A stretch of 64,000 bases of DNA from Candidatus Adlerbacteria bacterium (GTDB lineage: Bacteria > Patescibacteriota > Minisyncoccia > Phycocordibacterales > SBAW01): positions 19,178 through 83,177 of the forward strand of contig CAVVLG010000002.1 of assembly GCA_963749085.1 (NCBI GenBank). The letters run 5' to 3'. Position 1 is the stretch's first letter; each line of letters starts with the position of its first letter. Under the pieces are notes generated by a model. It saw nothing but the letters and a program-made list of their open reading frames with translations. It had not been told where the DNA came from and searched no databases. Of this stretch, positions 50,739-57,347 are shown one piece after another. The position numbers were made by a program, and so were the translations under genes.

Positions 50739-51812
50739 ATGAAGCGCATACAGAGCCCCGCGTCCTTTATTGGCATTGCTGGGGATAGCATTATCTCCTT
50801 CGGCTCCGGCCAGCCGGATCTCCCGCCACCCAAGGAGATATTCAAGAATCTCCAGTCACCGCGTCTTTTCAAATACGGTCTTATCCAGGGGGAGGAGGGC
50901 TTACGCGAGGCACTTGCCAAGGAATATCCAGGGGCGCGCCCGCAGGATTTTGTCGTCACCAACGGTGCTTCAGAGGCGCTTGACCTTGTATTCCGCGCAA
51001 TCCACAAAATGCACGGTCCAGTCGGGGTGCTATTGTGCCGGCCATATTACTATTCCTATCCACCGGTCGTGGAACTTGCGGGACTGAGGCCTGTCTATAC
51101 CGACTTGCGCGAGGGAAAAATAAATCTGCGGGATTTTGAGAAAAAACTGCGCGGAATAAAAGCTGTCCTTATCAACTCACCCTCCAATCCGACCGGCCGC
51201 GTTGAAGATCTTGTAACCTTGCGCGCCATAGAGAAGCTCTGCGCCAAACGCGGCGTCTACATTATCTCCGACGAGGTTTACAAAGATCTCATTTATGAAC
51301 GCAAAAATTATCTCATCAAAGGGCGACATGTCATCACCGTCAACTCCTTCTCAAAGACCTACGCAATGTGCGGTCTGCGCGTGGGGTATTTGTTCGCGCG
51401 GGATCCTAAAATAATTGAGGCAGTGGTCGACATCAAAATACACACTTCGATGAACACCAACATCCTCGGTCAGGAAATGGCGCTCAGAGCAATGAAAGCA
51501 CCGCGTTCCTATGTGGAAAAGCAAACGCAGATTTGGCGGCAGCGGCGCGATTTTATCCATGGAGGTCTCGTCGCCATGGGATTTGACCTCTGGAAGCCCG
51601 AGGGTGCCTTTTATGTATTGCCTAAAATAAAGAATTCGGAGCGTGTAGTTACTGAACTTTTTTACAAGCATAAAGTTATCGTCTACGACGGGGCGTGGTT
51701 TGGTGCACCGGGACGGATACGACTCTCCTACGCGCTCGAGCTCCCGAAGATAAGAGAAGGTCTTTCCCGAATTAAACGCTATATCAAAGGAAAAGAAAGC
51801 TGGGTACGGTGA
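50739..51812 (+). CDS. PLP-dependent class I/II aminotransferase
   Basis: GQPD, TNGASEA, NSPSNPTG, SDEVY, SFSKTYAMCGLRVG. Confidence 0.92.
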   Translation: MKRIQSPASFIGIAGDSIISFGSGQPDLPPPKEIFKNLQSPRLFKYGLIQGEEGLREALAKEYPGARPQDFVVTNGASEALDLVFRAIHKMHGPVGVLLCRPYYYSYPPVVELAGLRPVYTDLREGKINLRDFEKKLRGIKAVLINSPSNPTGRVEDLVTLRAIEKLCAKRGVYIISDEVYKDLIYERKNYLIKGRHVITVNSFSKTYAMCGLRVGYLFARDPKIIEAVVDIKIHTSMNTNILGQEMALRAMKAPRSYVEKQTQIWRQRRDFIHGGLVAMGFDLWKPEGAFYVLPKIKNSERVVTELFYKHKVIVYDGAWFGAPGRIRLSYALELPKIREGLSRIKRYIKGKESWVR

Positions 51813-51824
51813 TATACTTTGTGT

Positions 51825-52802
51825 ATGCGAACCGTAGTGGGAGTGTTGCGCGGAGGGCCCAGTAGCGAATATGACGTGTCGCTCCTCACCGGAGCGAATG
51901 TGCTTGAGGCGCTTGATAAAGAGAAATACGAGCCCCGGGATATTTTTATTTCTCGGGAAGGGGAGTGGTATTTATACGGCGTTCCGATGACTCCTGAGCG
52001 GGCGCTACGTGGAGTGGATGTGGCGTTTAATGCCCTTCATGGCACGTTCGGTGAGGATGGCCAGGTACAGCGACTATTGGATGCACTCGCCATACCCTAT
52101 ACAGGTTCAGATGCATCCTCCTCCTCACTTGCGTTCAACAAGCAGAAGACCAAGAAAGCGGTCTCCATGCTCGGAGTGAGGGTTGTGCATGGCGTGGTAG
52201 TTGATCAGAACAATATAACGGACCTTGAGAGAACCGCCCTTAATCTTTTCCGCTCGCTGCCGAATCCAGTAATCGTTAAACCGGTCGTGGGGGGATCTTC
52301 AGTCGGCACCACCAAAGTCGATAACTTTCACGCCCTTCAATTTGCGCTTCAGTTCGCATTTGAGCATTCACATCGCGCATTGGTCGAAGAGTATATATCA
52401 GGTAGGGAGGCTACCGTCAGCGTCATGGATAACTTTCGGGGAGAGAAGACCTACGCACTCATGCCGGTTGAAATAATTCCGCCACGGGGATCTCCTTTTT
52501 TTGACTACGAAGCAAAATATAATGGAGCGTCTCTTGAGCGCGTGCCGGGACTATTTTCTGAGGTAGAAAAAAAATCTCTTGTCGACGTAGCGCGGCAAGT
52601 GCATGAGGGGCTCTCGCTTTCGCACTATTCGCGCTCAGACTTTATCGTTTCAAAACGCGGCATTTATTTTCTTGAGGTCAACACACTACCGGGCTTGACT
52701 AAGGAATCCCTTCTCCCGAAGGCGCTCAATGCTGTGGGAGCTAAGCTTTCAGATTTTCTCGACCATATTATCAGTCTTGCCCGTCGCACCGAGAGCGAAT
52801 AA
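51825..52802 (+). CDS. ddl: D-alanine--D-alanine ligase
   Basis: GGPSSEYDVSL, LHG.FGEDG, KP..GGSSVG, FFDYEAKY, LEVNTLPG. Confidence 0.93.
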   Translation: MRTVVGVLRGGPSSEYDVSLLTGANVLEALDKEKYEPRDIFISREGEWYLYGVPMTPERALRGVDVAFNALHGTFGEDGQVQRLLDALAIPYTGSDASSSSLAFNKQKTKKAVSMLGVRVVHGVVVDQNNITDLERTALNLFRSLPNPVIVKPVVGGSSVGTTKVDNFHALQFALQFAFEHSHRALVEEYISGREATVSVMDNFRGEKTYALMPVEIIPPRGSPFFDYEAKYNGASLERVPGLFSEVEKKSLVDVARQVHEGLSLSHYSRSDFIVSKRGIYFLEVNTLPGLTKESLLPKALNAVGAKLSDFLDHIISLARRTESE

Positions 52803-52811
52803 ACTCAGTAT

Positions 52812-53156
52812 ATGTCTGAATTGGCAGATAAAAAATGCGTACCATGCGAGGGAAATGTCCCGCCACTTACTCCTGATAAAGCACAGGAGATGATGAAGGA
52901 ACTTCACGATTGGTCCCTTATTGATGACGCGCATTTGCTCGCGAAAAGTTTCCGCTTTAAGGATTTTGTCGAGACGATGGAATTCGTCAACAAGATTGCG
53001 GCTATAGCCGAGGAGGAGCAACATCACCCCGATCTTACGGTTACGTACGGAGCGGTCACTGTTGAACTCATGACGCACGCCATAGGTGGACTTTCGGAAA
53101 ATGATTTTATTGTTGCGGCAAAGATAGATAGACAGGATGCAATGAGGTCGATATAA
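52812..53156 (+). CDS. phhB: Pterin-4-alpha-carbinolamine dehydratase
   Basis: KCVPCEG, F.FKDF, AEEEQHHPDL, THAIGGLSENDFIVAAKID. Confidence 0.92.
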   Translation: MSELADKKCVPCEGNVPPLTPDKAQEMMKELHDWSLIDDAHLLAKSFRFKDFVETMEFVNKIAAIAEEEQHHPDLTVTYGAVTVELMTHAIGGLSENDFIVAAKIDRQDAMRSI

Positions 53157-53305
53157 AAAAAGACCGGCCGAGAATAAACCCAGCCGGCCAGAAAAATAGC
53201 TACGGCTATAAGAATCAGCGCGGCGAACGTCAGTAAAAAACTACGCCCGTTCGCTTTTGGATCCCAAAGCCGTTCATGAGGCGACAATTCTGTAGAGGTA
53301 CTCAT
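53024..53305 (-). CDS. Small hypothetical membrane protein (3' end uncertain)
   Basis: AAGGA SD, ATG 53305, one clear TM helix; 3' part overlaps phhB antisense. Confidence 0.35.
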   Translation of the reverse strand: MSTSTELSPHERLWDPKANGRSFLLTFAALILIAVAIFLAGWVYSRPVFFYIDLIASCLSIFAATIKSFSESPPMACVMSSTVTAPYVTVRSG

Positions 53306-53488
53306 AGCACATTCCTTCACATGTTGTGCCCTCAAACCGCCGGGTATTGATTCTATAGAGCGTGTCTGAAGTATCAATTAACAATTTTGTTGATTACCTG
53401 TTGATTCTATGGGGATGAATTGTGAATTACCCTTTTATGCCTTAGAGAAGTGGATATTTTGTGGATATTGACGTAGGATAAAAATCAA

Positions 53489-53564
53489 GGGCCCGTAGCT
53501 TAGTTGGTAGAGCGCCTCATTTGCAATGAGGAGGTCAGGAGTTCGAATCTCCTCGGGTCCACCA
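53489..53564 (+). tRNA. tRNA-Ala(TGC)
   Basis: GGGCCCG...CGGGTCC-A-CCA with G3:U70, anticodon arm CCTCA TT TGC AA TGAGG. Confidence 0.97.
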
Positions 53565-53662
53565 TAGTTATTTGTATTGCAATCACACACAAAAAATTTA
53601 TACTGTTCATAGACTTGTTATCTCGTCGCGCTTGACAGCGCATAACCTAGAGGAATGAACCT

Positions 53663-54136
53663 ATGGCCCTTCACGCTGATGTACGTTTACGGAGAAGCGA
53701 AGAAACTATACAGTTTCCTATGTCAAATGGGAAACCAATGGACTCAATTCGCGGGCGAAAGCCTCTGCCCTTGGTGATAAGTGGCAAGGCAGGAGGAATT
53801 ACCATTCTCTACAGTTTTAATCGCTGCGGGGGACCCATCCTTGGGGAAGAGGCGAAGCAAAATGTAGAAAAGGCATTTACTGAATCCAGAGTAAATGTCA
53901 TGAAACTTACTTTTGCTCGTTACAGCGACGACACTATTAACTGTACCGCGGACCTCGCTGAATCTCACGCTGGGCTAGGGACATACCGAGTTCCACTCTT
54001 CGTGCGGGGCGATATCACCATGTGTTTCGAATCGACCGATAACACTGGGCTTGCGTTCAACCTCGTTTATTGTCTTTGGAAAGTTTTCAAGCCCAAAAAC
54101 TATGTTCTCGATGCAAGTTTTTGGCAAAGTCGTTGA
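53663..54136 (+). CDS. Hypothetical protein
   Basis: ORF with GAGGA SD, upstream TTGCAA-N17-TATACT, downstream terminator. Confidence 0.6.
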   Translation: MALHADVRLRRSEETIQFPMSNGKPMDSIRGRKPLPLVISGKAGGITILYSFNRCGGPILGEEAKQNVEKAFTESRVNVMKLTFARYSDDTINCTADLAESHAGLGTYRVPLFVRGDITMCFESTDNTGLAFNLVYCLWKVFKPKNYVLDASFWQSR

Positions 54137-54141
54137 AGCTC

Positions 54142-54172
54142 GCGTCGGTCTAAAGACCGACGCTTTCTTTTT
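54142..54172 (+). terminator. Intrinsic terminator
   Basis: GCGTCGGTC-TAAA-GACCGACGC followed by TTTCTTTTT. Confidence 0.85.
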
Positions 54173-54202
54173 ATATCAATCTCCTATACAGTTTTTCCTA
54201 AC

Positions 54203-54276
54203 GCACCCTTAGCTCAGTTGGCTAGAGCGCACCCTTCACACGGGTGAGGTCGCAGGTTCGAGTCCTGCAGGGTGCA
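54203..54276 (+). tRNA. tRNA-Val(CAC)
   Basis: GCACCCT...AGGGTGC-A, anticodon arm CACCC TT CAC AC GGGTG. Confidence 0.95.
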
Positions 54277-54328
54277 CCTCTATATTTAATTTATTCAAGA
54301 TTTTCATTTGTACGTATGATTATTTATA

Positions 54329-55054
54329 ATGGACTTCAAAACGGCTGTCGATTTGTTAAATAGGGCTCTTATGAAAAGGCAGCCCGAGCATTTCAGTAGC
54401 TCCTGGATTTTCAAGCACACGCCATGCGCATATCATTATTTTCGACTCAACGTCAGGGCAGTAACCGGCGAGATTGATTGGGATACCATCACCACAGAGT
54501 TGGATCGGCCATTTCAAAAACGATGGACACGACGCCGGCGAAAGCGCCGAGAATTGCTTAAGCTCTACAGAAGCAAGCCTGAAGTCCAAGCGATTTTCAA
54601 GAAGTACAAAAATCAGCAATATGTATTCCTCAGCGCCAAGACACCCGAGGAATGGCGTGCGAGAGATCGTATCAGTATTGCACTCATGCGTGTCGCTCAG
54701 AAAGGCAATATCACTGCACAAAAAGAATTAATCGATCTCCTTATCTACACCGTTCAAAACTGGACTGAGCGGTACCCGTACTTTTATAGATGGAAGCACT
54801 ATAGTGATTTGCTACCCGACCATATTGAGACCTGCATGCGACGATATCATTTCACCGGCTCGTTCATTCAGTATCTGTACATATCTTTGATGTACTCAGC
54901 CCGAGCGCTCAAACGCATCCAAGTGTATTCTCTCGACAAGCCAATTTATGACGATGACGAAATAACATTAGCTGAACGCGTGGTTCAAGATCCGACTACC
55001 GGTGAGATAAAGATATACGAAGCCGGTCACTTAAGCGACTATCAAAATCTCTAA
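54329..55054 (+). CDS. Hypothetical protein with sigma-70 region 2/3-like C-terminal half
   Basis: LMRVAQKGNITAQKELI...SFIQYL...YSLDKPIYDDDEITLAERV. Confidence 0.55.
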   Translation: MDFKTAVDLLNRALMKRQPEHFSSSWIFKHTPCAYHYFRLNVRAVTGEIDWDTITTELDRPFQKRWTRRRRKRRELLKLYRSKPEVQAIFKKYKNQQYVFLSAKTPEEWRARDRISIALMRVAQKGNITAQKELIDLLIYTVQNWTERYPYFYRWKHYSDLLPDHIETCMRRYHFTGSFIQYLYISLMYSARALKRIQVYSLDKPIYDDDEITLAERVVQDPTTGEIKIYEAGHLSDYQNL

Positions 55055-55120
55055 AAAAAGTTGAGCAAGCGCTCGACCCTTTTGTCTTTTGTTGTTATAT
55101 TTTTGGGGTCGAAAGCTGTG

Positions 55121-55191
55121 CGGGGCGTCTTATAGTGGCATTATACACGCTTCGGGTGCGTGAAACCCGAGTTCGATTCTCGGCGCCCCGA
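55121..55191 (+). tRNA. tRNA-Pro(CGG)
   Basis: CGGGGCG...CGCCCCG-A, anticodon arm CACGC TT CGG GT GCGTG. Confidence 0.94.
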
Positions 55192-55206
55192 CAGGGTTTT
55201 CGACAG

Positions 55207-55277
55207 GGGCTCATAGTAAAGTGGTATTACGCGGCATTCGCATTGCCGAGGCCCGGGTCCGATTCCCGGTGAGTCCA
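55207..55277 (+). tRNA. tRNA-Ala(CGC)
   Basis: GGGCTCA...TGAGTCC-A with G3:U70, anticodon arm CGGCA TT CGC AT TGCCG; T-loop reads TCCGATT. Confidence 0.92.
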
Positions 55278-55393
55278 CAAATTTGACAGACATATAAAAT
55301 ATGTGATACACAAATAAAAGACATCGGACTTAGTAATCCGCTCGTTCTCACCATTCTAACGCGCCAAGGGAGGCGGCAATGGCACTATCCTTC
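55273..55393 (+). repeat. Cassette left arm copy 1 (core, promoter, leader, RBS, first codons)
   Basis: Near-identical to 56564-56684 (one substitution seen); diverged copy at 55983-56086. Confidence 0.9.
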
Positions 55394-55696
55394 GCACTGA
55401 GTATCTATTTCACAGTCGGTCTTCTCTTTTCGGTTGGATTCTGGACGGTCATCATAAAGGCTTACGCTTGTGAAAGAAGCGAGGGGACACTCCATGCAAT
55501 ACAAGAAGAATTGAATACGCAATCTGCCTACCTCGACACTTTGTTGCAAGTGTATCCAGCCCTTATCCTACTGCTTGCGGTATTTACTGCCATCATCTGG
55601 CCTATACCATTGATGATAATACTGCTCAGCGTAGTAAAGGGACTTATAAGTGGACTTCGGACAGGCATTCGAGCACTTCTGGCAAGGAGACGCTGA
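55379..55696 (+). CDS. Cassette 1 cargo: small two-TM membrane protein
   Basis: GGGAGG SD, ATG, two hydrophobic segments, terminator downstream. Confidence 0.7.
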   Translation: MALSFALSIYFTVGLLFSVGFWTVIIKAYACERSEGTLHAIQEELNTQSAYLDTLLQVYPALILLLAVFTAIIWPIPLMIILLSVVKGLISGLRTGIRALLARRR

Positions 55697-55706
55697 AGAA
55701 TTTAAC

Positions 55707-55740
55707 AGCCGTCGCTGAAATATGGGGCGGCTTTTTCTTT
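55707..55740 (+). terminator. Cassette 1 terminator
   Basis: AGCCGTC...GGCGGCT followed by TTTTCTTT. Confidence 0.7.
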
Positions 55741-55748
55741 ATAACGCC

Positions 55749-55861
55749 ACTTAATCCAATACCCACTCTGTGCCTCTTACACCAATTATCCGCTAAACCC
55801 CTTCAAGAGCTTTCTGTAACACCGGACTGCTCTGGTAGTACCCCAAAAACCGAGAAAGATA
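55749..55861. repeat. Cassette right arm copy 1
   Basis: ACTTAATCCAATACCC...GGACTGCTCTGGTA...AAAACCGAGAAAGATA shared with 56418-56530 and 57181-57293. Confidence 0.9.
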
Positions 55862-55982
55862 CTGTTTTAACCTGTTCGAGGTATACTCCCCACGGTGGGG
55901 TAGGACACCAAACTCTCCAATTCCCGAATACTCGCTCGTATCTCCTCCTTCCACCCCAAAAGTTCTGAAAGCCACCCTATTT

Positions 55983-56086
55983 GCCCACAAATTTGACAGA
56001 TATTTCAATATATGGTAAATAAATAACAGTTACGGATTTAGTAATCCGTTCGTTCCATCAATTCTAACCCGCATGGGAGGACATCG
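55983..56086 (+). repeat. Cassette left arm copy 2 (diverged)
   Basis: CCACAAATTTGACAGA, CGGATTTAGTAATCCG, TCGTTC...ATTCTAAC, GGGAGG. Confidence 0.85.
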
Positions 56087-56373
56087 TGCAAGAGAATAAG
56101 TCGATAATTTCCCAGACTCGGGGAGTGCAGCTGTTGGGTTGGACAGGCTCTGTACTCGCGCTGAGCATGTATCTAAGCTTTATTGACCAGATTCAGCTGA
56201 ACATCGCCGGTCATAAAGGCTCATGGATTATCCCACTCATCGGTACACTCAGTTGTAGTGTCTGGACAGCTTATGCGTGGTTGTTAAAGCCCCGCAACTG
56301 GCCGCTTATCGTATGTAATGTGCCAATGGTCATCCTTGGGCCTATGACCGTATTAACTACCTTCTTCTGGTAG
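56086..56373 (+). CDS. Cassette 2 cargo: SemiSWEET/PQ-loop-like three-TM transporter
   Basis: LGW.GS.LA..MY.SFIDQI..N.AG.KG..I.PL....C.VW.AY....KPRNWPLIV.N.P. Confidence 0.75.
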   Translation: MQENKSIISQTRGVQLLGWTGSVLALSMYLSFIDQIQLNIAGHKGSWIIPLIGTLSCSVWTAYAWLLKPRNWPLIVCNVPMVILGPMTVLTTFFW

Positions 56374-56378
56374 CACAA

Positions 56379-56407
56379 CCCCCGGCAGCGATGCCGGGGC
56401 TTTCTTT
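56379..56407 (+). terminator. Cassette 2 terminator
   Basis: CCCCGGCA-GCGA-TGCCGGGG followed by CTTTCTTT. Confidence 0.85.
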
Positions 56408-56575
56408 AGGTCTCGTTACTTAATCCAATACCCTCACTGTGTCTCTCCCATAATTCTTCCATCAGGCGCTTTCAAGTGCTTTCTGCAGCGCGGGACTGCT
56501 CTGGTAGTACTCCCAAAACCGAGAAAGATAGGTTTTTAGGGAGTTCAATGTTTTAATGCCTGTGTCCACAAATTT
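56401..56575. repeat. Cassette right arm copy 2
   Basis: Closely matches 57164-57338, including GAGTTCAATGTTTTAATGCCTGTGTCCACAAATTT. Confidence 0.9.
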
Positions 56576-56584
56576 GACAGACAT
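56462..56584 (-). CDS. 40-aa antisense ORF spanning the cassette junction (putative integrase C-terminal tail or small protein)
   Basis: MSVKFVDTGIKTLNSLKTYLSRFWEYYQSSPALQKALESA*; homologous frames at 55793-55861 and 57225-57332 differ mostly synonymously. Confidence 0.5.
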   Translation of the reverse strand: MSVKFVDTGIKTLNSLKTYLSRFWEYYQSSPALQKALESA

Positions 56585-56684
56585 ATAAAATATGTGATAC
56601 ACAAATAAAAGACATCGGACTTAGTAATCCGCTCGTTCTCACCATTCTAAAGCGCCAAGGGAGGCGGCAATGGCACTATCCTTG
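56564..56684 (+). repeat. Cassette left arm copy 3
   Basis: Near-identical to 55273-55393. Confidence 0.9.
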
Positions 56685-57153
56685 CACACTCATCAACGTC
56701 AAAACCGCAACGCCTGAACCGATAGCGGCAATACACGCTTCTATCGCAATGCCACACGTGTATCGCAGACCCGTTTACGTGAATGGACGTCGCTATTTGG
56801 ACGGCACAGGAGGTATACCTTTTCCCGCGCGAGAAGTTATCGAGCGGTGGGGTCTCACCGGACTTGTTGTACTCGCTAATCAACCACGGGATTGGCGACG
56901 CTCCCTAAAACGTAAGCTACTTGAGTTTGGAGCAATCTCACTTCTGCCTAAAGGTCCGCGCAAAACTTCTCGAAAGCGTTTGGAAATATTTGGAGAAAAT
57001 CTGCAGTATCTACGCTCGGGCCGCGTTCCTTACCTGATTGTCTGGACTGACGATGAGGTAGAAATATTCGAGCGTGACCAAACCAAACTACGAGGCACCG
57101 CAGAACGAGCGGGGGAGTTTATGAGCAGTCTACTTGAACGTGCGGGCACTTGA
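56683..57153 (+). pseudogene. Cassette 3 cargo: 5'-truncated patatin-like phospholipase
   Basis: Frame reads TLINVK...AIHASIAMP.VY..PV.VNGRRYLDG.G..PFP; no GxSxG half; out of frame with the RBS-linked ATG at 56670. Confidence 0.65.
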
Positions 57154-57170
57154 GCCCGCACGTTTTCTTT
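57137..57170 (+). terminator. Cassette 3 terminator
   Basis: AACGTGCGGGC-ACTTGA-GCCCGCACGTT followed by TTCTTT. Confidence 0.85.
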
Positions 57171-57338
57171 AGGTCTCGTTACTTAATCCAATACCCTCAC
57201 TGTGTCCCTCCTTAGGTCTCTCTGCTAAGCCCGCTCAAGCGCTTTTTGTAGAGCCGGACTGCTCTGGTAATACTCCCAAAACCGAGAAAGATAGATTTTT
57301 ATGGAGTTCAATGTTTTAATGCCTGTGTCCACAAATTT
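57164..57338. repeat. Cassette right arm copy 3, ending in the distal att-like core
   Basis: Matches copy 2; after the core the sequence returns to chromosome (AAAATTCTT-ATG) without GACA. Confidence 0.9.
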
Positions 57339-57347
57339 AAAATTCTT

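Larger units (their letters stand above)
55273..57338 (+). mobile_element. Tandem array of three tRNA-Ala-anchored gene cassettes
   Basis: Core G(T/C)CCACAAATTT at 55273, 55983, 56564 and 57327; shared left leader and right arm around different cargo ORFs. Confidence 0.8.

Noticed and set aside
55108-55204. Complementary flanks around tRNA-Pro (GTCGAAAGCTGT / ACAGGGTTTTCGAC)
   Set aside because: Most simply a precursor-extending stem; no evidence for a mobile element or intron.
55793-56008. 71-aa minus ORF as a complete gene
   Set aside because: Only its last ~30 codons are shared with the other copies; the 5' part crosses a junction and looks fortuitously open.
55273-57338. CRISPR array, classical integron or DGR interpretation of the repeats
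   Set aside because: Units are 580-760 bp with whole genes and there are no cas genes; no RYYYAAC...GTTRRRY attC hairpins or intI; no reverse transcriptase and no adenine-specific mismatch pattern.
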